A DNA stretch of 58,979 nt from Methanothrix sp. (lineage in GTDB: Archaea > Halobacteriota > Methanosarcinia > Methanotrichales > Methanotrichaceae). Position 1 is the first letter of the stretch. Every line of letters begins with the position of its first letter. Positions 46,198 to 55,274 of the stretch are shown piece after piece. The notes under the pieces are model-generated. The model had not been told where the DNA came from. It saw only the letters and a program-made list of their open reading frames with translations, and ran no database searches. Made by a program: the position numbers and the translations under genes. The stretch covers positions 1-58,979 of the forward strand of contig JAXGJB010000013.1 of NCBI GenBank assembly GCA_040770465.1, written 5' to 3'.

Positions 46198-46734
46198 TTA
46201 TATTTTTTTAACCAGCTGTTCGGCGAGAGGCCCCATTCCAGCAGAAGACTTCTCCAGAGTGATGATATGCTTATATGTACCCTTTTCGAAGTTGAATACC
46301 TTCACCGGCACCCAGTTCTGGAGCCTTGAACCTATATAAATGGCGAGATCAACGGGTCCAGCATAGAAGAGGAGAACCTCCGTCGCCCCTCCTTCCAGAG
46401 CCATATCTTTAAAACCGTTTATCTTTGCCATCGCCTCGAGATAGTCCTTCGGCTCCAGCCAGTTCGCTCCACTCTTCCAGCTGAGGAGGGGGACATTTTC
46501 CCAGCCCCGTTCCTTCAAATAATTTCCGACGGTTGTATCCAGGTCTTTGCCGATGCCTATCGCCATGGCGAAAGGCTGTCTTGATAGCTCCACCTCCTTT
46601 CCTTCAAGAGAGACTATCATCCGGGCCAGCTCCTTCTTCTGCCTACGCAAGGTCAGGCTGAAGTATAGAAATAACGAAAAAGATATCAGCGTCGCAAAGC
46701 TGGCCATCAATGATACGATCCCGATCCAGGTCAT
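46198..46734 (-). CDS. membrane-anchored protein with a single SAVED/CARF-like nucleotide-sensor subdomain
   Basis: N-terminal TM helix (aa ~3-28), helical linker, then LLFYAGPVDLAIYIGSRLQN..PVKVFNF..GTY, matching the SAVED C-terminal motif. Confidence 0.7.
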   Translation of the reverse strand: MTWIGIVSLMASFATLISFSLFLYFSLTLRRQKKELARMIVSLEGKEVELSRQPFAMAIGIGKDLDTTVGNYLKERGWENVPLLSWKSGANWLEPKDYLEAMAKINGFKDMALEGGATEVLLFYAGPVDLAIYIGSRLQNWVPVKVFNFEKGTYKHIITLEKSSAGMGPLAEQLVKKI

Positions 46735-46807
46735 CCTGATCCCGCCTTTTCAGAGCTTCTCCTCTCGATCGCTCTATTGTTTATTATTGTTTATTATTGT
46801 TTCTCTT

Positions 46808-47107
46808 TTATTCTTCATAGAGCAGCACCATATCCTTCTCGACGCGAGGCCTGACGAAGGGGCTCAAGGCCCTCTCGCTGACGAGCTCAACCTCGCGCCC
46901 CAGAATCCGTGCCAGCTCCTCTTCGAGCCCGAACCACTTGAGGCCCAGGGGAGGCCTCTCGCCGGGTGGGAGCAGATCCACGAGTATATCGATGTCGCTA
47001 TCCTCCGTCTCATCGCCCCTGGCAAAGGAGCCGAAGACCGCGATCTTCTTCGCGTAGGGACGAAGCAATGGAACTATCTTCTGTTCAAGCTCGGCGAAAC
47101 GGTCCAT
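46808..47107 (-). CDS. minimal nucleotidyltransferase (MNT), no adjacent HEPN
   Basis: FGSFARGDETEDSDIDILV...LGREVELV. Confidence 0.9.
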   Translation of the reverse strand: MDRFAELEQKIVPLLRPYAKKIAVFGSFARGDETEDSDIDILVDLLPPGERPPLGLKWFGLEEELARILGREVELVSERALSPFVRPRVEKDMVLLYEE

Positions 47108-47133
47108 AAAGCCTCAAGCTGCTCATCGCTTAG

Positions 47134-47595
47134 CTATGACATACCCAGCTTTGCTTTTATCGCTCGAATATCCTGCTCCATCCGGAGGAGCCTATCTTCT
47201 CGGAGACTTTCGGCCGTCTCTCGGGTGTTGCTCTCGATCTCCTGAATGATGGGGATGGCCTTGACGATCTGGCCAGCGGTGAGGATCATGGCGAAATCGG
47301 TCATCTTTGGAACGAATCCGTCAAAGTCTCCGGCGAGAACCTCTGATACCTCCGCCTCTTCGGGCCAATTCATCTCCGCAAAGGCGGAAAAGGCTCTGAC
47401 CGCCTCCCTCGATCCTTCTACAATCACCAGCACCTTCTGCCGCCGATCTCTTCCCACCTGGTTTGAAGCAGCAAAGCCATCGATGCCCAAAAGCATGGCC
47501 TGGTTCATCAGGAGATATCTGTAGCCCACGCCGTGGACTTTTTGTCCGATGATCTCAATTTTCTCTTTTGTCCTCATCTCACTCATCATTTCCAT
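47134..47595 (-). CDS. acylphosphatase-domain protein with a C-terminal helical/coiled extension
   Basis: IIGQKVHGVGYR...GIDGF..N...V.VIVEG. Confidence 0.8.
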   Translation of the reverse strand: MEMMSEMRTKEKIEIIGQKVHGVGYRYLLMNQAMLLGIDGFAASNQVGRDRRQKVLVIVEGSREAVRAFSAFAEMNWPEEAEVSEVLAGDFDGFVPKMTDFAMILTAGQIVKAIPIIQEIESNTRETAESLREDRLLRMEQDIRAIKAKLGMS

Positions 47596-47738
47596 ATGCT
47601 CCCAGATTTGGCCTTATCTGTCATGCCGAGGAGATATCCCCCTGAGCGATCTGGCTGGCGGCAGGCTTTCGATTGTGGATGTAATCCCGAAATTCGCCTC
47701 TCTAAAGATGTTGACCGCCTAATATATATCGGTTTCAG

Positions 47739-48077
47739 TTAGACCAGGCCATCCGGCCTCGGGCCGCCTTTAAGAGGGCGGCTTGCATCGTCACGAGGCA
47801 ATGTCAAGTCCACCACCTGCCCCACCGCCCACACCCGGCTGTGGGTTGCGACCACCACCGCCCCGAGCCGGGGATCGTAGAAGGCGATCGCCGCCGCGGG
47901 CGATCCGTGGAGGAGGTGGAGCGCCATGCCGTACCGCCAGATGGGCGCTCGCCCCTCGACGACGACGAGGGACCCGCGGGGGATCTCCGGGAGGGGCGGC
48001 AGCGGCTCATTGGGGGTGATGGGGGCACAGACGCCGATGGGGTAGATGACGGTGGAATAGATGGCGGGGGCTGTCAT
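47739..48077 (-). CDS. csx3: Csx3 (Crn3) ring nuclease family protein
   Basis: VVVEGRAPIWRYGMALH..H...AFYDPRLGAVVVATHS. Confidence 0.88.
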   Translation of the reverse strand: MTAPAIYSTVIYPIGVCAPITPNEPLPPLPEIPRGSLVVVEGRAPIWRYGMALHLLHGSPAAAIAFYDPRLGAVVVATHSRVWAVGQVVDLTLPRDDASRPLKGGPRPDGLV

Positions 48078-48475
48078 CACTCTTCTCTCATTCCTCTCCA
48101 TTCCTCACTCAATGATCGCTCAGAAATTATCTGCTCGAGCTGGCCCGCCAGGTCCGGCAGGTGGACGGTGACGACCTCCCAGACGAGATCCTGTTTTATC
48201 GCTCCATAGTTATGAGCGAGAACATTCCTCTGGGCTATGATGCCCTTCCACGGAATTTCAGGGTGTTTCAGCTGAAGATCCATAGAGACGTTCCGTGCCG
48301 CTTCACCCATTATCTCCAATGCGCGCTCAACCGCCAGCTGAAGCTTTCTGTCGTTGAGATATGCATCAAAATCCGTTCCCTCAATGAAATCGAGGATCGC
48401 CGATGCAGCATCCAGCATATCCCAGATGTAAGCTGAATCTCGAGGTTCTCGATCTTCAGGCTCCATAGGCTCCAT
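48077..48475 (-). CDS. HEPN/DUF86 (HepT-like) RNase toxin
   Basis: AVER.LEI.GEAA, IPWK.I...RNVLAHNY. Confidence 0.9.
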   Translation of the reverse strand: MEPMEPEDREPRDSAYIWDMLDAASAILDFIEGTDFDAYLNDRKLQLAVERALEIMGEAARNVSMDLQLKHPEIPWKGIIAQRNVLAHNYGAIKQDLVWEVVTVHLPDLAGQLEQIISERSLSEEWRGMREE

Positions 48476-48767
48476 AGATTACCTCCATTCCGGCGAGAAT
48501 AGAGCGCCGCCGGTAGGGATTTCGAATCGACTCCCTATCCACCAGGTCTATCTCTCGGCCGGTTATCTTCTTCAATTCCTCGATCATTTCCACCCAGTCG
48601 AAGAGGGTCCATCGGGCTTGCTCGAAGAAGGTAACCAGAAAATCAACGTCGCTCTCCGGACCAAAATCTTCCCGGAGAACCGATCCGAAAATAGCCATCT
48701 CCTTTACCTTCCATCGACGGCAGAAGTCTTCAATCTTCTCCCTGGGTATGTCGATTCTGGATGGCAT
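48456..48767 (-). CDS. MNT antitoxin (MntA-like)
   Basis: FGSVLREDFGPESDVDFLV; overlaps the HEPN start. Confidence 0.9.
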   Translation of the reverse strand: MPSRIDIPREKIEDFCRRWKVKEMAIFGSVLREDFGPESDVDFLVTFFEQARWTLFDWVEMIEELKKITGREIDLVDRESIRNPYRRRSILAGMEVIYGAYGA

Positions 48768-48947
48768 AATTGAGATTCACCCCTCGACTTAGAAGGTATT
48801 TGTGCTCAAAGCGATAAAGATATGCCTTCAGCTTTCAGCCTTCGGATTCGAATTCGAATTCGGATTCGGATTGGCAGCCGAGAATCTCAGAACTGGAGAT
48901 GAAATGCTCGAATCTCAGAAGGCAGACGGGGGAGATCTCAATTTTGT

Positions 48948-49094
48948 TCATTCCTTGATCCTTCCCCCCTCGATCTGATCCAGCGTCACATCCACATCCA
49001 TCACATCTCCCACCGCCCGCTTTCGGCTGTGGACGGCGACCACCACCGTCCCGAGGCGGGGGGGGGAGGAAGGCGATCGCCGCCGCGGGCGATC
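48948..49094 (-). pseudogene. csx3: second, truncated and frameshifted csx3 copy (3' half)
   Basis: AAGGCGATCGCCGCCGCGGGCGATC identical to 47881-47905; encodes SPAAAIAF / RLGTVVVAVHS; +1 shift in a G9 tract (49058-49066). Confidence 0.8.
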
Positions 49095-49108
49095 TCTGGG
49101 TTGTCCGA

Positions 49109-49972
49109 TCAAGCTCTTAGTTTCCAGACACCAAACCTGTCCACTACTAGAGGGAGATCCTCACATGCTATGCTTCCAGGTGTAAAGCACACATCGCTGA
49201 ATCCAACATGCTGGCCTGCATAGCAGTTGCGTGGGTGATTCGATTGCCATTCACGACCCACCAACGGCTCGACATCACCGGCAACTGATAAGCCTTCGGC
49301 CACAGCATGGGCCAACAACCGTCCACCCTTCGGGAGATGAATGCTCGGTCGATCTCTTTCGCTGTCGAAGGTTGCCAAATCCCCGAACAAGTGTTTATCA
49401 GCATCTACTTCTTTGATTCCTACTAATTCCACATCGCCCCAGCCATATCCGCGCTCGCCGCCGAGTTGAAGGCGTCTGAATGCCTCCTGCCACTTGAGAG
49501 TGCATCCATCCTTTTCAAACACGTGTCCGGTCAAAAAGACAGGTTCGCCCGTATCCAACGTTCGTGGAGAGACGAATTCGACCTCGTGTAGAGATCCTTC
49601 GGTAGCCGACTGAGCAGGGTAGGATAGAGAAGTCCCGGCATAGCTGCTCAGAAAGCGGCGACGGAACACGCTTAAGTTCTCCCAAGGCCATTGAACAGAA
49701 TGGCTTTCGTGGCTGTTTGATTTCAGAGCAGGATAAAAGTAGGTAAAAGCTAAAAGTCTGTGGACTTGATCTCCGAACTGATGGTACTGCTGAGAGTTCG
49801 TTGCCGGGCCACGTCCATGATATGCGTCGCGCGTTAGTCGCATAGTCAGAGCGCCCCAAAGCGCTCGACCAGTTACGTAGGGACGAGTGCGCTGAAGATT
49901 GCCCACTTTGCTATGGCCGATGTGTAGCGGTGACCGCAGCCGCAAAACCACCAGATATGCCTGCCAGCTCAT
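49109..49972 (-). CDS. cmr3: type III-C Cas5-group RAMP (Cmr3-like)
   Basis: L.SPLHIG, GRALWGAL, LGGERGYGWG; last gene of the cmr1-6-10-4-5-3 order. Confidence 0.72.
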   Translation of the reverse strand: MSWQAYLVVLRLRSPLHIGHSKVGNLQRTRPYVTGRALWGALTMRLTRDAYHGRGPATNSQQYHQFGDQVHRLLAFTYFYPALKSNSHESHSVQWPWENLSVFRRRFLSSYAGTSLSYPAQSATEGSLHEVEFVSPRTLDTGEPVFLTGHVFEKDGCTLKWQEAFRRLQLGGERGYGWGDVELVGIKEVDADKHLFGDLATFDSERDRPSIHLPKGGRLLAHAVAEGLSVAGDVEPLVGREWQSNHPRNCYAGQHVGFSDVCFTPGSIACEDLPLVVDRFGVWKLRA

Positions 49973-49983
49973 GCAGATACTCC

Positions 49984-50388
49984 TCAACTGCGCGCTTTGG
50001 CCCCGTAACGGGCGTAAATTAACATTTGCTCAAGTGTCTCTTTCGCCAGCAACAGTCGCTCTAGACCGCCTTGCTTTGGATCACCCGATACTTTGTCAAT
50101 AATGTGTTGAAGGATCTGTTCCACACCGTTGCCGCTGGGCTTACCCCATCCAAAGCCGAGTCCCTCCAGTAAATTGAGCATCTCATCAACGACTACCCTG
50201 CCATTATCCTTTTCTTTCGCCAACAGATATAGGAAACAGGCATAGACGCCGTTTTCCTGCAGTACACCCAAGGTTTTTGTGACCGTATTATCAACTTCGC
50301 TTGCTTTTTTATTCTCCGTGCGGTGAATGATTTCTTGCGCATGTTTCGCTGCCAACCGGTCGAGGTTAATTTGGGCATTGCAAGTCAT
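49984..50388 (-). CDS. cmr5: type III-C small subunit Cas11 (Cmr5-like)
   Basis: helical 134 aa; LGVLQENGVYA...LEQMLIYARY.AKA; GGAGG SD. Confidence 0.78.
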   Translation of the reverse strand: MTCNAQINLDRLAAKHAQEIIHRTENKKASEVDNTVTKTLGVLQENGVYACFLYLLAKEKDNGRVVVDEMLNLLEGLGFGWGKPSGNGVEQILQHIIDKVSGDPKQGGLERLLLAKETLEQMLIYARYGAKARS

Positions 50389-50417
50389 TATTGAACCTCC
50401 TGAGCGATTTTTTGGTG

Positions 50418-51404
50418 CTACGAATCTATGCCGTATTCCTCTTCTATCGAGTCGCCGACAATAGCAATGCGGCCAAAACCGCGTGTACCCATTCCACCCA
50501 CACCCAGCCACTCTATCATCCGCAAACCATCTCTCACAACGTCCAATGGGCCTGACCATTTCGCGTTTCCTGGAAGTACATTCTTCTTTGCGGTTTGGCT
50601 TTGCGCATTTCCAATTAATGGCCAAGTTTCACGGTAGTCGTCCAGCATTACTTCGGCCGTCAGAAATGTAGCTCGGGGCAAAGCTTCGTAATTGAAGAGC
50701 GCCTTATCCTCGGCTGCGCCGCGCTCTGGATCAATCGCCACCGAGGTGCGAACCTCCAGATTGCTGTTGACAATGTGGCTGAAAAGTGTGTCGTTTACGA
50801 TGGCAATCTTATCCTTGATGATTTTCCAGCGCTGATCGTTTTGCCATTGCCCCGGAGCCTCAGTGGTTGCCTTTCCAGCTACGGTCACCATAAGCCAGCC
50901 CAGGTTGAGTGCATCCTGGCGGTCCCAGGTCAACATAGCAGCGCCAGAATCCGTCATTTCCGACAATTTCCTATTATCCTGCTCTTCAAACGTGAACCCT
51001 GCTTCTCTCAGGCGCTCCAGTGTGCTCACCCATACAGGTCCAGCCATGGAATACACAGGGAAAAGAACTACATGCGCATCAAAGATGTTGACCACGCCGG
51101 AATAGGCCTTCGTTTCATCGCTGTCCTGTTTTTTCTTGATATAACCAAAGGTGTAACAGACAGGGTTTTTATCCGGGTCCGCCACTTTGTCCTGACTCTG
51201 CCCGGCGGCCTCAGGCGTCTCGTAAAGCTGGGCTGTGTAGGAACGCACTGCTCCATGCAGGCTGGTGCCTGGAATTTTAGGTATGCGTGTGCCAGGCTCC
51301 CTCACAATGCTGTTATCCACCCGCCCAAGGCGGTAGCCGCCGGTGCCGATATGCGCCGGATCGAGTGTCATTAACAAATAGCGTTGCCGCTTGTAGGTTG
51401 CCAT
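50418..51404 (-). CDS. cmr4: type III Cas7 backbone Cmr4
   Basis: HIGTG...VDNSIVRE...PKIPGTSL.G, VLFPV.S, LFNYE.LP, GVGG..TRGFG; catalytic Asp present. Confidence 0.92.
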   Translation of the reverse strand: MATYKRQRYLLMTLDPAHIGTGGYRLGRVDNSIVREPGTRIPKIPGTSLHGAVRSYTAQLYETPEAAGQSQDKVADPDKNPVCYTFGYIKKKQDSDETKAYSGVVNIFDAHVVLFPVYSMAGPVWVSTLERLREAGFTFEEQDNRKLSEMTDSGAAMLTWDRQDALNLGWLMVTVAGKATTEAPGQWQNDQRWKIIKDKIAIVNDTLFSHIVNSNLEVRTSVAIDPERGAAEDKALFNYEALPRATFLTAEVMLDDYRETWPLIGNAQSQTAKKNVLPGNAKWSGPLDVVRDGLRMIEWLGVGGMGTRGFGRIAIVGDSIEEEYGIDS

Positions 51405-51414
51405 ATATGCCCTC

Positions 51415-54186
51415 CTATTCCTTCATAATCTCCATGTGAAGTTCTGCCCAATCGGTCAATTCACCGGATACACCGGCTTCCACCAACAGTTTTCGATCAT
51501 CTTCCGAAATAGCGATCCATCCCTGCCCTTTCGGCCATGAAGCACCGGCCAGCGTGTCAGCTACAAACTGCCGGAATATCTCGTCGTCTACCGACTCGCC
51601 ATCAACATCCTGCCCATACCACGTCTCGCGTGTAGCTTCTATTGTGTGGATGGTCTGATAGCGTTGGCTTTTAGCTAGGCGCCTCATGTATTCCCAGAGT
51701 TTTTCCAAACGGTCGAGGTCTTCCAAGTAAAAAGGCCGCGTTCGACGCGGACGCTGGCCATCGGCATCGTAATGGATGTCAAAGCGGCGAGCGGTGGTGT
51801 CAAGAAACTCGAAGTCGAAGGTGGATGGCCATATCTTGATCGTTTCGCCGACCTTCAAGTCAGCGGCATGGACAATCCATCTATCGGCATTGTCTCCTTT
51901 TTCTGTTAGGATTGTGACTTTAACCGCGCGACGGCTTGAAGCATCTCCCTTACTGTCGTCACCTTCTGTATCCAAAAAGAGATAAGGATACCATTGATCG
52001 TTGGGCACACGCCACCGTATTTGGTAGCTATTCCGCTCAAGTTCTAGCGTTATCGGTGCTTTTTCGTCGCTCGTTTTTCTGATATCCCATGATTGTTGCC
52101 GCGATGGGTAATTGAGCATCGCCCGGCCAGCATCGAGCACGGCGCGAATCGGCGTGCGGCGAGGAGCAAAGACTAAACCCAAATGCAAGGGCAGTCGGTC
52201 GCGCACTTTTCCCATTTCGGCTTCGTACTTCGTCTTGATGGTTTCGGCTATCTTGAGAGCTGTATCAGCCGGAACGACCATCATAAATTTGCGCGGCTCG
52301 GCAAGAATTGGTATGGCCGCAGCATATGGGATTTGTTGCCAGTCAGCGCCTGTAATTCGACAATCTGCCAGCAAATTACGGCTGCGCTGGCCTTCCAATG
52401 CATCAGAATTTCGCAAGATCGGTTGGCGATTGTTAATCACAAACTGCGCATTTAAGTTATCGCTAACGAAAATGGCAGATGCTGCCGGGTCGATGTATAC
52501 GATTGATTCCGCGCCCAATTGGCGCGCAATGTAGCCTAAATTGTCAGCGGTAATCAAGTAGCCATTATTGCTATCTTGAGGCGGAACCCAGACCACACTA
52601 AGGTTTGTTGCACCCAAATCGAGGTCATACACATGATAAGGTTCTAGATTGGGGATGGTGCTTAGAATGATTTTGATCCGGCGGCGTCCATCAGCCAGTT
52701 GGCGCAAAATATCATCTTGTGACCTCTGCCAGAATAAACGCGTGGTCTCCCAAATGCGCCTGAGTCGGCTGAATGAGGGAGCTTTGCTAGTAACTGGTTT
52801 GCCATCAGTATTCAGTGGGTCGTGAGGGGCGATCAACAACAACGATTTCAGCATGCTTCCATCTAGCCAATGGGTCAGCTCAAACCGCCCCACCAGCAAT
52901 GCCAAGCGTCCATTTGTGTCGGCGACTTCATCGGTCCAAATAGTTTTGTCTGGTTCTGTGGTTGCCCATTTCTTTGATCTATCATCCCGTCGTTCCTCAC
53001 AAATATCACACACGTTGCGCTTGCTAGCCTTCTTCTCCGGGCCTTTTGGACGCAACCCGCATACGGTGCAGATGTCATCAGGCTCGCGATCTTTCCAGAA
53101 CTGGTCAATGCTAGCGGCATTGGCAGGTGAACTCATCTCGGTGGATATGAAGCTACTAATGTTTGGCAGTATGTCGTTAGATTTTGTAGATGTTTTCCGC
53201 CAATTGGGATCCTGCCCCCACCATGAGGTTGATTCGAGTTCTATATGCGGTGTAATTTCCCCGCCGAGCTGAAGCTTGGGATTATCTTTCAATCTCCCGT
53301 GTTCAAAGGCTTGCAGAATTAGCGTGATCAAGTTTGTTCCTGAGCCATTGGATATTTGAAGCAAGTCAGCAATATCAGGTACGACATAAACGCTGCCGTT
53401 TTCATCTCGATACACTTCGCTGCCTAGAGGATAGGTTATCTCGATAAGATCACGTACATTGTTGAGCCCATCAGAAAGTAATTCTTGCCTTGCCAACAGA
53501 TCTGGTATGCGTGCTACATTGAAGAGATAATCGAGACCATTCACACGAATGCCCAAAAGCCGCCAACGAAGATCAGGAGCATCCAGCGTTCTACCCATCA
53601 GTAGCGATCCAGCTAGCGCAGACTTGTACAAAGCACCCACCAACAAACCCCAGTTCCATAGGTCTACTTCGTTGATGGGGCGGCGTGTGTCGGCAACGGT
53701 TTTAGAAAACAGTTCACTTACGGTTTTTCGCAGATCTTGTCGTTCGGAAGCAGTATAGCTCGTTAGCTTGTCCCAAGGCAGGTTCCAAAGAGACCCGGTG
53801 AGACCGGACGGAATATTCCCTTCGAAGCCGAAGGAGGTGCTTATTCGAATATCAGCACTTTTTCTAGTCTTATCAACAGGATTTTGCTTATCAAAATGAG
53901 CAGTGTTATGGCAACGGGATAAATAGCTTAACAGATTAGTAACATTTCGGTCTTTAGCTTTTCCCCTCCAACTATTGAGCAATTCGTTGATTGACACGGT
54001 TTGAGCGTGCAGAGTGAGATTAAGTGAACTAAGAGAGGGATATTTAGTCGTTAATTCTTTAGGTTCCGGTAATTTTCCACCAAATATTTTTCCATCTGAG
54101 CATTTTTTATAATCGTGCAACCATCCGATCGCTTCTGCAAGCAAGAGTGCATCGCGCTTCATCGCTAAATCATCAAGCTGAGTCAT
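51415..54186 (-). CDS. cas10: type III-C Cas10 (Csx11-like): HD domain and Zn finger, degenerate Palm, no GGDD
   Basis: GWLHDYKK, DTRRPINEV.LW, CTVC...CDIC..RR, PSFSRLRRIWET, EMGKVRDRLP; alternative GTG start at 54204. Confidence 0.88.
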   Translation of the reverse strand: MTQLDDLAMKRDALLLAEAIGWLHDYKKCSDGKIFGGKLPEPKELTTKYPSLSSLNLTLHAQTVSINELLNSWRGKAKDRNVTNLLSYLSRCHNTAHFDKQNPVDKTRKSADIRISTSFGFEGNIPSGLTGSLWNLPWDKLTSYTASERQDLRKTVSELFSKTVADTRRPINEVDLWNWGLLVGALYKSALAGSLLMGRTLDAPDLRWRLLGIRVNGLDYLFNVARIPDLLARQELLSDGLNNVRDLIEITYPLGSEVYRDENGSVYVVPDIADLLQISNGSGTNLITLILQAFEHGRLKDNPKLQLGGEITPHIELESTSWWGQDPNWRKTSTKSNDILPNISSFISTEMSSPANAASIDQFWKDREPDDICTVCGLRPKGPEKKASKRNVCDICEERRDDRSKKWATTEPDKTIWTDEVADTNGRLALLVGRFELTHWLDGSMLKSLLLIAPHDPLNTDGKPVTSKAPSFSRLRRIWETTRLFWQRSQDDILRQLADGRRRIKIILSTIPNLEPYHVYDLDLGATNLSVVWVPPQDSNNGYLITADNLGYIARQLGAESIVYIDPAASAIFVSDNLNAQFVINNRQPILRNSDALEGQRSRNLLADCRITGADWQQIPYAAAIPILAEPRKFMMVVPADTALKIAETIKTKYEAEMGKVRDRLPLHLGLVFAPRRTPIRAVLDAGRAMLNYPSRQQSWDIRKTSDEKAPITLELERNSYQIRWRVPNDQWYPYLFLDTEGDDSKGDASSRRAVKVTILTEKGDNADRWIVHAADLKVGETIKIWPSTFDFEFLDTTARRFDIHYDADGQRPRRTRPFYLEDLDRLEKLWEYMRRLAKSQRYQTIHTIEATRETWYGQDVDGESVDDEIFRQFVADTLAGASWPKGQGWIAISEDDRKLLVEAGVSGELTDWAELHMEIMKE

Positions 54187-54200
54187 CTTTCTCTCCCTCC

Positions 54201-55274
54201 TCACCTCAACTGCTCAGCTAGGTAAGGCTCCAGTTCTTCGCAGAGTTTGTTCAAGCTATTGAATGAGTATTCTGAAAAGTAAACAATTTTGGCTGCTGGC
54301 TTTGAGATTTTGCCGTCCAATTTCGCTCTGATGGCCATTTTGCCCTCCTCCACCAATTGATCCTCCGCTGTCCCGAATCCACTGCTGGTCTTTGCGCCGA
54401 AGCCGTTGATGGTGAGCATCTCACGAATGCCTTTTGCAAGCACCTGCAAATCCTCAGCTACTTCAGCACGTATGGCCTCGTCCGTCTGCCCTATAGGGCC
54501 AAAGGGTACGTAGATTAAGATGAACTCTCCCCTCGCTCCTTGCGGCACGCACTCCAATAGGATCGGCCCACGTACACCGATGCCGGTTTTGCGGTCGTGG
54601 GGGTTGATGACCTCTAGACTAATATCTTCGAAGAAGGTGGGGAAGAAATGCAAGCGTCCAGCTTGCTGTTCTTCGCTCTCACGCTTATTGCCCAGAAGGC
54701 GAATGGTGACCTTATCATCTTGCTTATAGCCCAACTGCCACAAAGCAGCACGCAAAGAGCCCTTCCAACTCGTCGCCGCAACCATCGGCGTTTGAAAGAC
54801 TTTTTCTTTGCGCAGCGGGTTATCGAGAAGGTTAAAGTCCCTTTCATCTTTGCTAAGGTAGGATTTCCGCAAGCAGAAGGGAATACGAAGCATAAAGCTC
54901 AAAGGCGGCATGTAATCGACAACCGATGTTTCGGGGAGAAAGTGGAACTCTGGTGGAATAGAACTGATAGTCAATTTTTCAAGCCAGGCATCGCGGATAA
55001 CTTCGTCAAGCTTAGAATTGCAGGCCTTAAACCAAAGATAAGCCAGGTGGGGCTCGATCATAACGGCCTTGTCAGCAGCCTGCTCCATTTCTTCTTTAGC
55101 CTTAATGATAGCGTCTTTGGCCTCCTTGACAGCATTTTTACGTTTCTGTTGGTCACGGATCTTTTTCGCATGATTCAACTGCCAATTTGCTTGTTTTTGT
55201 CGCTCTTCAGCCCCCACAAGCTCGCTCAGGATATCGTTCAATTGCATTTGCTGGAAGCTGTAGTATTCACGCAT
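54201..55274 (-). CDS. cmr6: type III-C Cas7-group RAMP Cmr6
   Basis: SWKGSLR, GRLHFFPTFF, VINPHDRKT, PI..E.VP.G, GFGAKTSSGFG. Confidence 0.82.
   Translation of the reverse strand: MREYYSFQQMQLNDILSELVGAEERQKQANWQLNHAKKIRDQQKRKNAVKEAKDAIIKAKEEMEQAADKAVMIEPHLAYLWFKACNSKLDEVIRDAWLEKLTISSIPPEFHFLPETSVVDYMPPLSFMLRIPFCLRKSYLSKDERDFNLLDNPLRKEKVFQTPMVAATSWKGSLRAALWQLGYKQDDKVTIRLLGNKRESEEQQAGRLHFFPTFFEDISLEVINPHDRKTGIGVRGPILLECVPQGARGEFILIYVPFGPIGQTDEAIRAEVAEDLQVLAKGIREMLTINGFGAKTSSGFGTAEDQLVEEGKMAIRAKLDGKISKPAAKIVYFSEYSFNSLNKLCEELEPYLAEQLR

Noticed and set aside
50776-50787. TGGCTGAAAAGT 12-mer matching the CRISPR repeat
   Set aside because: Inside the cmr4 coding sequence with no flanking similarity; most likely chance
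51940-51975. EGDD in Cas10 as a substitute GGDD
   Set aside because: Lies in a polar segment well downstream of the expected Palm2 hairpin and lacks the flanking hydrophobic strands
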